Part shown: piece after piece, positions 35,935-49,226 of the stretch
How the letters are laid out: each line of letters starts with the position of its first letter
Position numbering within the stretch: the stretch's first letter is position 1
Origin: Microthyrium microscopicum
Taxonomy: Eukaryota
Direction: 5' to 3'
Assembly (NCBI GenBank): GCA_010405405.1
Contig: MU004231.1
Span: 3,342,401 to 3,406,400 of the forward strand
DNA: 64,000 nt
The notes under the pieces: model-generated
The model's database searches: none
What the model saw: only the letters and a program-made list of their open reading frames with translations
What the model was told of the DNA's origin: nothing
Translations under genes and position numbers: made by a program

Positions 35935-38409
35935 CTATGCACCGAATGATTGATACTCGTGCTGCCCTGAGCCACCATACGATCGAGGGGACTGGGAATC
36001 GAAGCGTCCGTACATTTGGGACTGAGGGGAACGTGGCGTGCGTGGGTATTCATCGTCTGGTACACCATAAAGGGGTGGCCCAGGGTATCGACTTTGTTCC
36101 GGGGTTGCTGGGCGTCGGCTTTGTGCCTGGCCTCGACGAGCCCGGCTATCGACCGATGGAGCTCGAAGGGGGTCTCGACGACGGCGTCCATCATCACGAA
36201 CTGAATATGTCTCAGCTCGGCGGCGCGCGCCACCTCCTCGAATGCTCCTGCGTTCTGATCGAAGTTCGCGCTCCTCTTCGGAGTCGAAGTCTTCTTCTTC
36301 TTCTTCAGATTCTTCCTCCTCAATATATCTAGTACGTCGGGCAATTTGTCGATTGGGTAATTGTTTGGAGCCTGATGACGATGAAGCCTTGGACGTATGA
36401 TACTGAGTTTCTCGCTTCCCGGCAATATATAGATCGATGGTACCATCAGCGTTGGGCTGAAGCTTGACTTTGTTCCCGCCATGTTCGATTTCGTAGTCTT
36501 GCTTGATGTCAATGCGCATTTTGAAGCCGTCGCCTTGGTACTTTTCGTCAACGGGATCGATGATACTCTGTTGACGGCGGGTAGCTGAGCTACCAGTGTG
36601 GGACCTTCTACTTCGAACGGTGGCCGTCTCTTCGTCAGGGTTGGATTTCCTAAGAATGCCTGCCTTCAAGCTAGCCCCTGTAGATTTGGTGTTTCGTTTG
36701 ATATATCGTTCAGCTTCGTTGAGCCTTGGGTCATCAATCTCATCAGAGTCGTCTTCATCTTCATCGTCATCATAATAGGCTTTCTGGGTCTGGATTGGAT
36801 TGCGCAGTTGAGCACGAATGGCATCAGGGTTGTATCCGTTGACAACCTGGCTTTCACGACGTTGGCGTCGAGCGAATTCTTGCTTCTCGCGATCAAACGC
36901 CTGCTGCTCAGCAATAAGCCGTTGCTCGCGAAGCTCGAGAGCGATGGTCGTCTCATCTCCATACAGGGAGTTGCGACGAGCATTTCGCATTGCCTGGTCT
37001 GCAGCAAAGTTAACCCTAGGACTGGCATTATCTTGAGGATAAGACGGAGCCTTCATTGCGCCAGTAGGTGTCGGTAAAGGACGAGATCCATGCGGAAGGG
37101 CCTGTCTCATGGCGGCGAAATCATCTAGTGGAGCAAGTGCACCGGACATCCTGGGAGACTGGCCATAAGTAACGATCGGTGTAGCATTGGACGGTGGGCG
37201 TCGCATATTGTATCCGTTGACAACGGTAGCTGGACGAGGTGGAGGTGGCATGGCCATACGCTCGGCTTCTGCCTTGGCTTGTTGCGCAGCTTGTAGGGCG
37301 CGACGGTTGTCTTTTGAGGCAGCTTGGGCTTGGGCTTGGGCTTGTCTTTCAACGAATTGTCTTTCTGCCTGCTGGCGCATGTGCTGTTCCCTGGCCTTGG
37401 CCTGAAGCTTCGCTGCATGTGCCGCCTGAAGGAAGGCTGCACGAGGGTCTTCTTCTTCTTCAGATTCGGTTTCCTCTTCCTCTTCTTCATCCTCATCCTC
37501 ATCATCATCAAAGGGATCAGCAAACTTTGCACTTGACTTAGGCGGTCGACGAGCGCTAAGTATTGTATGTGGCTTTTGGGATTGAATTACCACTGGAGTA
37601 TGATAGGCAGTGCTAGGATTTTGCCTTCTCGCTGACATCTCGAGAGTGTGATTGTTCATATCGGTAACAAGATGCGGCATAGGGGGTCTGCCAGGGTGGT
37701 TCGCTCGGTTAACAACCATTTGACCGCCAGACATTGGGTAAGGGCCACCGCGAGCATACTGTGGAGGAACTTGTTGACCTGGTGGTATCGGGTATTGCAT
37801 CCCAGCATAATAGCTTCGAGGGCGTTGTTGTGAGGACGCTGATGTACCTCGAGGTCGTAAAGTGGGGCGAAGTTCAGGTCTGTCTTCGGGTCGAGGAGCG
37901 CGACGCTTTGGGGACGCTTGTCGTGGTTGAGGAGATCGTTTCATGAGAGGAGGTGGAGATCGAGCGGTTGGTTTTACGGGTGAGGTGATGGAGGACGTCT
38001 TGCTAGATCGCCCACGGTCGGTTCGGTGTTTGCAATTGGGATCAGTACATTTTTTGCCTTTCTTATGGCCAGAAGAGCTCTTGCGTGCGGAGCTTGATGT
38101 GGTCGAGCTGACAGTATTGACTTCCGATCCTGCCGTCGCTCTTTCGGCAATTCTGACACTTTTCCCAGAATCAGCGCTGGCAACGGTGGCCTGAGTGCGG
38201 CTCGAGTACCCTGAATCACTCTGACCATCAGGACTAGGCTGTAACTGCGGTGAATTGGCAGGCATAACAGTGTCTTTGCCTAGTCCTCCTGAACGTTTCG
38301 CGGCAATGTTGGCTACACCGAGATTGGCTTGCTTTCTTGAGTCGGCTACCTCCTCGCCTTCTTCAGAGTCGTAGTCGGCGCAGGAGGCAACACGGCTTCC
38401 TTTGGCCAT
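35935..38409 (-). CDS. Large intrinsically disordered hypothetical protein (~824 aa; the ORF extends to 38577)
   Basis: Uninterrupted 880-codon ORF, with likely start MAKGSRVASCADYDSE at 38409. Contains SDSGYSSRT, acidic tracts, Q/A coiled-coil-like segments and a short beta-rich stretch FKMRIDIKQDYEIE. Confidence 0.8.
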   Translation of the reverse strand: MAKGSRVASCADYDSEEGEEVADSRKQANLGVANIAAKRSGGLGKDTVMPANSPQLQPSPDGQSDSGYSSRTQATVASADSGKSVRIAERATAGSEVNTVSSTTSSSARKSSSGHKKGKKCTDPNCKHRTDRGRSSKTSSITSPVKPTARSPPPLMKRSPQPRQASPKRRAPRPEDRPELRPTLRPRGTSASSQQRPRSYYAGMQYPIPPGQQVPPQYARGGPYPMSGGQMVVNRANHPGRPPMPHLVTDMNNHTLEMSARRQNPSTAYHTPVVIQSQKPHTILSARRPPKSSAKFADPFDDDEDEDEEEEEETESEEEEDPRAAFLQAAHAAKLQAKAREQHMRQQAERQFVERQAQAQAQAASKDNRRALQAAQQAKAEAERMAMPPPPRPATVVNGYNMRRPPSNATPIVTYGQSPRMSGALAPLDDFAAMRQALPHGSRPLPTPTGAMKAPSYPQDNASPRVNFAADQAMRNARRNSLYGDETTIALELREQRLIAEQQAFDREKQEFARRQRRESQVVNGYNPDAIRAQLRNPIQTQKAYYDDDEDEDDSDEIDDPRLNEAERYIKRNTKSTGASLKAGILRKSNPDEETATVRSRRSHTGSSATRRQQSIIDPVDEKYQGDGFKMRIDIKQDYEIEHGGNKVKLQPNADGTIDLYIAGKRETQYHTSKASSSSGSKQLPNRQIARRTRYIEEEESEEEEEDFDSEEERELRSERRSIRGGGARRRAETYSVRDDGRRRRDPLRAPSVDSRARRGQAQSRRPATPEQSRYPGPPLYGVPDDEYPRTPRSPQSQMYGRFDSQSPRSYGGSGQHEYQSFGA

Positions 38410-41400
38410 GGAAAAAGATGTGGTGGGAGGGGAGCACTGGTAGATAACCAGCTCGCCTCGGGGCGGTGGGGTGGGTTTAGGTTTGGGAAAAGTTGGGTTA
38501 AAGGAGATGGTGGGATGAGTGGTGGTAGAAAAGTGGAAGAAAGGTTTAGCGGCGGCGCAGGCAGCGCTCGGCTCCAAAAAGGCAAAGTAAAAAAGCAGCC
38601 TTTAGCAGACTATTTCTGGGCGCGGCGGCGACCAGGCTTCGGCCCGGACAAGTCGGAGGGAGGGAGCCAAGGAGAGTGTGTGAGTGGAGACAGACACTGG
38701 AGAAGAGGCCTGAAGGGGGAGGTTTTGGGGAAGACAGCTGGGGGCTGTAAATGGTGGGTGAGTGGGGCCCAACTACTAAGCGGACGGAGAGAATTGGGAT
38801 TACGGGCTGTGCCAGGACAAGGGATTTACCTCGTCCAGGATTAGGATAGCCTGGAAAGGATTCTAGTGTTGAGTTGGAGCAGAGCAAGCAAGGGGAAGGC
38901 AAGCTGAGTGCAGAGTGCAGAGTGCAGTGTGAGCGGAGAGCGTCGCGCAGCGAAAGATGATTTGATATCGATGGAGATTGAAGAAGTGATTCTGGCGCCG
39001 TTATTGTGGGAAGATGAAGAACTCAGAATTGATTAGGTTGGAGTAGGGTATCGATGTGATATCAGACTGCAGACCATAGATGCAGAATGGCGTGGAATGT
39101 TTGCTGGCTGCAACGATGACTCTTCACAGCAACAGGTCAGCCATTTTTGTCTCTGGCTATTACTGCAAAGTGATGCGAACAGAATCGTGTGTGCCAGAGT
39201 CTCTGCCTATGGGTGCTGGATCTATGTCTGCCTAGGTGGTAAGATGATGGAAGCGCAAGTACGCATGCAGTAGTGCTGGCTGTCGTGCTGTGAGATTGCA
39301 TTCAAATGGATCCAAGGACAAACTTGGTGTGGAAGCTTGCTGTTGGTGCCTTTGAATACTACAGAATATGCGGCGCGGGCTGATGACTGGCAGGGCGAAC
39401 TGAAAGTCGGGGATAGGTTCAAGGCTGCCGCAGGTGGTAACAGGTAGCCGAATTGGACAGTCTTGTATGATGTCGATGAATATACCCTTTCACGTTCCTG
39501 TCCTAACTGTCCAGCGTTTTGCTTCAAACAAGTTCGTCTCGGCTCTCCAGTTTTGAATGTTTGGTGTGCCTGACAGGTGATGCAGTGCATTTGTAGAACG
39601 TGCGCCCTGCGTGATATATATTGAGATATTCATACTGTCGGCCTTTGCTTTGACATTGCCCACCTGCCCGCCTGGCCTAGCAAGTATTGCCAGAGCGACC
39701 CTACGGAGCCGTGCAGGTCTAGGTACCATGCTAGCCTTGACTATTCCAGCCTGGGCCTGGGACTACTTTCGACACACCTGTCTGTATCGTAGATTGTGAG
39801 CATGGCTTTCCGCGCGCGCTTCTGCGTCCACACCCACATGGCCAGCCTAATGGCCCTACCACAACTTTCCATCAAAAGTGTAATAGTGAGGCACACCATC
39901 GCAACAACATTCAAGATTCAATCTCTTTGCCACCGATCTCGATCATGCAAATCTGTCTCACGAGCAACAAGAGTGTGGGAGGGAAGGGTAACGCAAGACT
40001 AGCATCCCCTCGACAACGGCACCCTCGGATAGCTGCTGTGTACCCTTCAAGATATTCGTATCATCAGCAGGAACTGGTTGCTGCCCTTGACCACCCTGTT
40101 CCATTGCTATCGCGCAAATGTCGACCGGATGGATGCAATAATTAGTAGATCGTATAGCGCATTCGCCAGGCATTTTCGAAGGGATCAAGGCTGGTCTGCG
40201 CCAAATATGTTGCAGGATCGCAGACCTCATAACGGCCCTACGCACACTTTGGGATATTCTTTATGTTGCCCCAACATGGGGGAAGGCCAGTAGTGTGCAG
40301 GTCAGGGAAAATGCGGGATGGCTTCAATCCTCCAGCATTCATAAAAAAGCGCGAATCTGCCAGGATCGGAAGATGCGCGTCCTGTCCATCCTCCGCTCTC
40401 CGCCCTGGGGCGCTGGTGGTCGCGAGCGGTGCTGGAAACAAGTGTGCTTGTTTGAAAATTTCGAGGCAAAAGTTGCACATTGGTTGCCTCTGGTGCCCAA
40501 CGTTGACAAGGCAAGGCTGGTTGAGCCCAATGCCGGACGATCGCCAATCATTGATGCAGATGTTGTGTGCCCAACCAGGCTAACCAGCCAGATGCCGCGG
40601 CTCACAGCCGTGTAACTCTTTAAATCGTCCTGACGACCAAGTAGTGGAAAGTTAAAGGCGAAAAACACAAATAAGAGTCTCTGTGTGGTTGCACGATTCG
40701 AAACACTTCCATTTCAAACGACAGTTGATTGTTGAAGCGCCGCGTATGTGTGGCCCCCAGGTTCCTCCCAGGATGCCAACTTCACAGGGCTTACCTTTGC
40801 TGCGGCGCATGAGCCCCATCGGCTCTCCAAGGAGTCAAATCCATCTATAAATGTCGATTCGAAGGTACCAAGAATGACAACCGAAGCAAAGGGCATCAAT
40901 TGAAGATAGATCAGAGACAGGGTAGATGGAGTGAAGTTAAGAACAGAGGAGGAATAGGAGGGCAGATAAGAGTGGGCATGTTTTGCCAAAAAGGGAAGTC
41001 GCGATCAGATGAGAGGCAGGCACACCTGAGTCGCGCCTTCTATCACGACCATCGCAGCTTCCATCTCTGATCCTGAAGACCACCAGATCGGTTCGCATCT
41101 AAAATACTAGATCTGATATTGAATGTCTCACCATATTCGGCCCTTATACATACCCAATGCGCATACAAGTACTAGCATACCCACGAATTTACTGCAGGAC
41201 ATACAGTGCTGCATAGGTACTTTCAAGTACCTCACCGCCAACATACACCGCTTTTTAGCAAGGACCAACAACTCTCAACCACGCACTACAAAAGCACACC
41301 TCTTCCCATCCATTATCTCATGTCGCATACTCATCAACTCACCACCACCCGCTGGATGAGCTTTTCCAGCCAGCCCTGAACATGAAACGCAACATCTTAT

Positions 41401-42697
41401 CAGCACCCTTCAATGCAACTGCCATCGTTGCAGGCAACCATAGATCGACCATCAACCATTAAGCAGACCTATCCCCATGATATCCCAACATAGCCTACCG
41501 GCTCCCCAACACCACCATCATCATCATCCCTCGCCCTGCCACTGTACCTGCGCCGGCACAGCGCCGCAGATAGAGTAAACCGTCTGCACAACATCACCAT
41601 CCAGAGCAATCCTGCGCACCGTGAGCCTTGCCTTGCTTGCCCATGGGGTAACGTCAAAAGTCAGAAATGCGGATCCTGCAACTGCAAGCCATACAACCGT
41701 ACACATTCCATCCGCACGGCCGAGGAAACAACACAGGTAAGCACGCAATTCTCAGCACGATATTACAGCCAGATCACGGAGGGAACTTTGCGCCCACGTT
41801 TGATACATGTGGGGGCATTTCACCTCGTGTACCTGGGATGTGTAGAATTGCGGAGAAGGAAGGCCAATAGCGTTTGGGGGAGTGATTAATTGCTTGCTTC
41901 TAAATGATTGCAAGTGTGGTTCTGAGATTGGCTGGCCGTCCAGGGATTAGTTGAGTATGATGGGGGACTTGATTTCTCTGGTAAGGAGGGCGTGAATGGA
42001 AGGGGCTCTTGCGCTATCAAATGATGCCGAGTTCTAGAACTGGGGAACAGCATATGATACCCGGTCCGGGCTGGATTGTGCATTGGGTCAAATATATATG
42101 GTGTTGGAGCGAGTCATTGGCATGGTCTATTTGCATCGTACGTACTGGCGATCGACTCTCCAGACTGAAAGAAGTAGAACACGAGGTAAGAGTGATGATG
42201 GATCTATCGGAGAATGTTGATGTTGTTGAAACATTGGAGGTTAGATCTGATATTTGGTGGTTTATCGCCACTCGTTGCTAGGCCGGCTCGGGAAGAGCCG
42301 CGAAACCCACGTTGGTTTCAGCCTCATGAACGCGATCTGTGGTAACGATTGGCCAACGTGTATCGCCTCCCAGCCTTATAAGCATGAGGTCTTTACTTCA
42401 GCTCATTATATTGATCAAGTAAAGTCTCGGGTTAAGAAGTTGTTACAATACCTTCATGGACAGGCGGAAAGCTTTATTCTATATTTGATCCACGAAGAAA
42501 CCGAGTGAATTGTACACCTTTTATTTTTCGAGAGGTAGTAAGTATCCAAGACTTGGAAACCTGTCTACCTAATGTCGCAACGCCAGGAACGTACCATCTA
42601 GCGAATGCGAGATCGAAGGAGCAAAAGTATTGATCCAGCCTCTTTACATTCTGCAAAAGTTAGCATATTGGAGAATCCAAGAGTCATTGCCTTCCAC

Positions 42698-44912
42698 TTA
42701 CCGATCCAAAGGGCTCAATCCCAATAGTCGCATGCCATTGCTCAAAACCTGTCGCGCACTAGCGTACAACGCCATGCGTGCCTTCAGCAACTCAGGTGCT
42801 GAACCCACAACCTGCAGATGATCATAACTCGAAGATAACGCATGTGTCATCTTGAAAAGATATGTGAGAGTTGTGATGGGTTCTTCTGTTTTGAGCGTGT
42901 TAAGGAAGACATCAGGCCATTGTGCTAGTGCTCGAATGAGGTCCACGGCGTGCTTTTCCTTCAAAAGAGTCCAGTCGGCCTTGATTAGCTGATCCGGACT
43001 GGCTTCAGTTGAGACCTTGCGAATAATTGATGATAGTCGAGCATGCGCATACTGAAGATAGGGACCGGTGTCTCCTTCAAAGGAACACATACGATCCATA
43101 TCAAAATCATAACCGTTCACCCGTTTGCCAGTCATGTCTTGCACCATTACTGCAGAGATTCCAAGCGTATCGGCCGTTTTCACAGGATCCTCAACCTGCT
43201 TGTATTTGTCATCATTGACGCGCATGACTTCATGCATTTTGTCACCCACGTCCCGAAGGATGTCATCGAGGAACTTAACCGTTCCTTTTCGGGTGCTCAT
43301 ACCCTTGACCATTCCAAAGTTAATGTGCCTACACTTGTCGGCGATGTCCTTATGGCCTATCACCTCGACGATTTTGAACAGTTGAGCAAGATGGAGATCT
43401 TGTTGACTTGCCACAACATAGATCATTTTGTCGAAGTGAAATTTTTCGTCTCGCTGGAAAATTTCGCCAATGTCACGGGTAAGGTAAAGACTGGTTCCAT
43501 CTTTCTTCTTGACGACAGCCTTGCCTAGCTTTTTATTCCAGCGGGTCAAGTCGACAATGACGGCACCTTCCGAATTCTCTGAAACCTTGGTATCGGCCAT
43601 GATTTGGGCGGCCTTGTCCATGCTCTCATCCTTGACTTGCGACTCGCCAGAGTAGACATCATATGAGATGTTTAACCGGGCGTATGTTTGCTTGTATCGT
43701 TCAATACTCAGGTCCCGAAATCGTGCCCAGAGACCGAGTGCCTCTTTATCGCCATCGACCATGCGCTTGAAGTACTTTCGAGCAGCTTCGTCGCCTCCAG
43801 CTTCTTTCTCTTTCGCGAGCTGCTGCTTTTCCGCTGATGCGTCTTCGCCTTTGACCTCTTTGGCTTTGATGTCCTCCTCCATGGCTGTGTACTTTTCACC
43901 CTCCTCGCGGAAGATAGCATTGATCTTGACATACACGTCATATAGATGACCAATAGGATTGGCTTGGAGAGCTTCTTCGCTGCCGAACTTCTCGAAACCC
44001 AGCGCCAAGACGCCGTATTGTTTTCCCCAGTCTCCAAGATAGTTCATCCGGATAACATCCCAGCCAGCTCCCTCATATATGTTGGAGAGAAAGCCTCCAA
44101 TGATTGTACTTCGAAGATGTCCTGCGTGAAAAGGCTTGGCAATATTCGGGGAAGAGAACTCGACAATCACTCGTTTACGGCCTTTCGAGGGGTCTGAAGG
44201 GTCTTTCAGGCCTATATTTCGGTTGAAGCCATATGACGATGCATTGCGAATGATGGAAGGAAGTACGATATTGGCGAGTGGAAGAGGTTTGAAAAAGAAC
44301 TTTAGGAAGTTCTTGTCTGCTTTTGGTGGTTCGACTAAGGGCGATTCTGGGAACTTTACTGCGTTAGTTTCACTGCGAGAGCAACGGACACAATCAAAAT
44401 ACCTTGGAAGCTAATTCCTTAGCAAGCTCATCAGGTTTCTTGCCTTTTATTCGCAAGGCGGGAGTAGCAATTAACAGGTCGCCATTATCGAGGGTGGTTG
44501 CCCATTGCAGTCCTCGAAAGACAATTTCCTTGTCCACTCCAGCGATAGGCGCAAGGATCTCTGTGATGTGCGATCGGTAAATGTCGACAGGATTCAGTTC
44601 TGGGTAAGTGTTCGGTTGCTTAGGTACTTCATTGATGCCTATCGCAGAGAGAATGGCGGTCACGTCCTCAAGGGACTGATGGTGATCAAGTTGCTTGGTA
44701 TCCATGGCGTGAGACCAACTTCGTGGGAGCTCGTACAGATAAAGTGGTTTTCGGTTTGGTAGAAGACTGTAAGGTGGGCGAGTGGAGATAGAATACAAAT
44801 TCTTTTGGTAGGCTCGAAAAGAGTGAGTCAACAGACTATGAGTCAATGAGGCGCCCACCAGGGGTGAATGAAGGGAAGAAAAGAGTTGAGATGGAAGAGA
44901 ATGGAGTCGCAT
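42698..44912 (-). CDS. argS: Arginyl-tRNA synthetase (class I), probably serving both cytosol and mitochondria; 2 exons
   Basis: EFSSPNIAKPFHAGHLRSTIIG, NYLGDWGKQYG, DGTSLYLTRD, GMSTRKG, FEGDTGPYLQYAHARL, LLGLSPLDR. Intron ~44402-44358. A presequence-like leader precedes MDTKQLD. Confidence 0.95.
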
Positions 44913-45428
44913 TCACGGTATGAAGGCGTCTCTAGGACCAGAAAAGCCTGTATGATGTGTGAAGAGCAGGGAAAGAGTTGTTGTTGCGGGGTTGACGAGG
45001 AAATTGATGCCGAATTTTGGGCGCAACTTCATGTGGATCGCATGATTTTGGTGCCTGCCAAGCCTTATACGGCGCGGTATCTATGGTAGCATAGAGATCC
45101 AAGCGTCAACTTCAGCTCCAACTTCATCTCTATTCTCCATCATTTCAACAAAACTTCCACGAACCAGGTTTTCTATTACCTTATGGAAAATGGGTTCTTC
45201 ACACAATGCTATTCCGGATACCACCATGAAGTCGATCACTAACGTGGCACTTTGGCTGATTTCAGACCACTGACCATCACCGACGCGATTCGACAATTAA
45301 ATCAGCTCCAGTCAAAGTTATTTTTAGTACTTTACACCTTGTCTGCTTGAAACTCACGAGAATATCATCGTCCCTCTCACCCATGAACCATTTCCAAAGA
45401 TACAGTAAGAGCCTGTGCAACGACTCTC

Positions 45429-47692
45429 TTATGGTTCTCCACCCCAACCAGCAAATCCGGGAGCCACACCTTCCTTGCATCCATTAGTCACAAAGTACGG
45501 ATTCTCCTTTGTATCTTTGTCTAGAATAACAGTCCCATCCGGAGCAACAATCTTCACAGCCATAGATCCAGGCCCGATTCTGTTCGTCCAGATAATGCGT
45601 ATTGGAGTATAACTGCCAGCCGCAAGTGTAATCTTAAACTCCTTGTCTGGATCGCCCCATCCTTGGAATACCTGGTCCACATTGGCATTTGCCCTTGTCC
45701 AACCGGAATATGCCTTTGGCCCAACCCAGATTATTAAAAGGTCGTCAGCGACAGGCGCCGTGAAAGTGTATTGGCCCTCTTGCTGAGCGAAAAGGTATCC
45801 CTTGTGGTTGACTACAATTTTGTCTTCAACTTGTGGCTTATTTTCGTATATGGAGTCGGAAACGGTACCAACCGCCGTGGTTTGACCTTTCGCGTAAGGC
45901 GTTTGTGTCTTGTAGAATGCTGCGTCCCAGGCTTTGCTTCCGGCTAGATCAGATGTGGGGACATTGATGTTGGTGTAAATGGCGTATAGAAGACCTTGGT
46001 TGTTGCATGAGGTGTCTGGTTCTGGAGGAATAACTGAGACTCCTTTTCGGGCATCAGGATTTCCACCGCAACACGCTCCTGAACTGCAAGCTCCAGCGCA
46101 GCCCATGCTGTGGGCACTAGCAAAGCTGACAGCGTCAATTGTGGGCTTTCCATGATGGGAGCCAAGGTAACACTTCTTCGTCCCTGTTACTCATTCATTA
46201 GGCTTTCTAAATGGCATATGCGGAAGAAGGATCGACATACGCTCCTGATAGTCCACACTATGACAAGGTATCATGGAAGCACAAAGCTCCATACCTATCA
46301 TCAATGTCAGCAAATAGTCATAACAGAAGAGCAAGGGGTTTATGCACAATCTTGGAAGCTGTTCGCATTTGTCGCCTGGATGACCTTGGTACCATGGCGC
46401 TTGTAGCAATCCATTCTAAAAGTCTCGCCATATGAGGAGGCATAGGACATGCCATCTGCGTAAGGACATTTCGTCGTACAAAGCACATTGGGCATATCTT
46501 CAGCACCAATCCCTTCCACCGGTGGTGGGTCAACTAGCACAGCAGTATTGCATTCAGGATCTTCCTTCGGGCTTTCCTTAGTGTTTTTATTGAATAAGAC
46601 ACAATTGCCTGCATTTTTCGGCACGACTCCGATATCAACACTTCCGCAATTCGGCTGAGGCAGTCATTAGTCTCTATAGCAGTATTGACCAAATTTTGCT
46701 TACAGCTTTCGAGCATTTTTCCATGCCTATGGATGGTTCAGTCAGAGATCGGGGGTAAAGTTACGCTACTTACATGCTTCCCAGCTAGGCTCCGTCGAAC
46801 GGTCTCCTATTGTGTCGACCCAGTCGGTATGATGTGAGCATAGTAATTTATATGTTGAACCTATTTGATCTATTAGTCTTCTTCCAAAGGAGCGACTACT
46901 TGCTTAAGTACCGTCTGAAGTGGTAAACACCAATCCATTGTCTCCTGGGCATTTTGCGGTAGTTGTATAGGGACGTGGGAGTGGCTTGGGTTTACAAGTA
47001 TCGTCCTTTGGTTTATCATCAGGCTTGATGGTAGTGTCCTCGATTGGCTTCGGTTTGACTTCATCAGGAGGAGGAGGAGTGGCCCTTCTCGCGTTGTGAG
47101 TGATAGCCCCACCAACAGGTTCCAACTCTGCTCTCTAATGATACCGATTGTAAGTCTCAAAGTGTTCCCATGATTCTGAGCAAGCAGATGGGTGAGATAC
47201 TGACACGATTCTGTTTGCTATAGCCACATGATTTTGTTGCTGGAGTATAATCCACTGTTTGACATTCAGGCTTCTTTGCACAAGCATCAATACATGCTGC
47301 AAAAGTTTCTTGGGTGTCATCCTGTTCGAAGTCAACCGTGCTCCTTTAGCATACCGATATATTTGAGCTTACCGTCCAACTGCGATCGATCACCTTATTG
47401 CAGGTGATCAAGAAAGTTGCTGCAGATATGAGTTTGCGGAACGACATCTTCTGATGCTAGACTTACCATCTGCTATCTTCCGGTACTTGCCATTGTCTTG
47501 TGGGCATATGCCAGCCGTCGGTGACACTTCTACCGATGGGCTCGGCGCGGCGGCTTCCATTGTCGACATGTAGAGTTCGGGTTCCATGTCATACGATTGA
47601 GTCGCTGTCGCTTGGGAGCTATTGCTCCCCAACACTGGCACCGTCAGAGTGATGAGAACAAACAAGAAAGTAAGCATCGCGAAATTATACAT
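45429..47692 (-). CDS. Secreted adhesin-like protein: about 3 PAN/apple-like Cys domains plus a C-terminal PA14/GLEYA domain; multi-exon
   Basis: Signal peptide. Repeats ACIDACAKKPECQTVDY, CMEKCSK..CGSVD, DCMELCASMIPCHSVDY. GLEYA motifs NQGLLYAIY, VNHKGYLFAQQEGQYTF, ADDLLIIWVGPKAYSGWTRANA, YTPIRIIWTN, APDGTVIL. Confidence 0.8.
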
Positions 47693-48747
47693 CTCAAATT
47701 CGCAAGGTACGATTGATTACACTACTGGCATGTAAGCTGATAGAACCGGCGGTTATCTTGTAAGAGGCTTCCTCAACCATGGCTTCTTATGGCTGATAAT
47801 AACGTCCTCTGGTCTTTGCGAACTTTTGAGCTCCTTCGCTGGACTCAGTTTATGGTTGCACCAATAACACAAGAGTTCAAAATCGCTGTAGTGCAGTAAC
47901 GGCTCGCGTCACGGACTTACTCTTCAAATCCAAGATATTCCGCTCCAATGGAACTTCCACTCTGACAAGGAAGGTGAAGTCATGAATTTGAACACGAATT
48001 CATTTCATTCGAACAGTCAGGCCATGCTGAGAAATTCGTGGCATGGTGTAACTTCCAGTAGCGCAAAGTGTGTAGCTCGGAGTTGAGACAAAGCACTTTA
48101 TCCCAACGGCCCATTTGTGGCTCTCGCAATCGTTCGGGATACCAAATCTGTTCGATAGCTGACATGATCAAAAAGCGAGAACATCCTCGGGTGGTCTTAT
48201 GTCCTTGTACGTTCCTAGTGCGTGCTTTTGACATGTCACTGCGTTGCAAATACTATAAGAAAAGGAATGTCGATACAAAGTAGGGTCTGTACTTCTGCAC
48301 AAGTAGCCTTGTAACGGTTCTGTATATCCCACCACGTCTTCTACCCCCGGGGAATCGCCGTAATTCATCGCGGCCAAGTCTCTAGAACTGCACAGACAAT
48401 CCGAATATGGTGCGGTCAACGATGATTAGGCTCGCCGAAGTCACAGTGACAAGAGTCATCTCAGGAGACACAACTTCTCCAGAAACCAGCACTGTGGGTG
48501 ACGATCGGTACGAGAAGTATGGATAGGACGGCATGTTGATTGAGCATGTACAGACCGTAGGGTTCGTGACGTGGGCCCGTTTCCTGTCCTAATTCGTCAT
48601 AATCACTCATAACCGGGGTACAGAGTATATCTCGACAAGCTGTCCATCACCAAAAAGTAGATATACCACCTTTGCGGACTGATGTAGACAGAGCAGCTCT
48701 CTGTCAAGTATTCCCAGGTTCTCTCAATCGTTCTCTTTTACATCACC

Positions 48748-49226
48748 ATGCGTTTGATCTCCTTCACAGCAGTTCTAGCCATCACCAGTCCGAGTACAGG
48801 ATTCTTCTTTCTCGTTCCCTGCCCTTTGCTGTGTTGGACCGATCCAACTCACTATGTTTTCTACGGAGTAGGTCAACGCAGCCTCTATCACAATTTCAAT
48901 CGCTAATTGCGTTAGGTTTTGTGCCAACGGAGACAGCCACCTCCAGCTATTGGTATGTGGTACTTAAAGCTTCAGCAAAGCTAGCACTAATCATATCAGT
49001 TTGTCCGCCGGGCTGTCCGGCCGGTGAGAAGACTACGGCTGTGAAAGAAGTACCCGGTCCAGTTACTACTGTCTACACCGTCAATCCAACAAAAGCTGCG
49101 GCGGCTGCTACTCGATGTAGCAATTATAAGGGGAAAATACCCAAACCAACTCCACTGTTCGATAAGGATGGGGTATGGCAATGTTGCATAGGAGAATCTG
49201 GGGATGACTCTATAGGTTGCGCATGA
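48748..49226 (+). CDS. Small secreted Cys-rich protein (~127 aa, 9 Cys), effector candidate; 3 exons
   Basis: CACC-ATG, then MRLISFTAVLAITSPSTG. Introns 48868-48915 (GTAGGT..CTAAT..TAG) and 48953-48999 (GTATGT..CTAAT..CAG) join in frame to VCPPGCPAGE...WQCCIGESGDDSIGCA-stop. Confidence 0.75.

Noticed and set aside
35772..36551. 259-aa overlapping minus-strand ORF
   Set aside because: It is an alternative frame of the low-complexity 880-aa ORF, with a non-ATG start and no motifs.
38900..42600. Many short ORFs, a GAGTGCA microrepeat and a C-to-G skew segment (~41230-42280)
   Set aside because: No coherent spliced model or motif was found. This is most likely a long upstream regulatory region.
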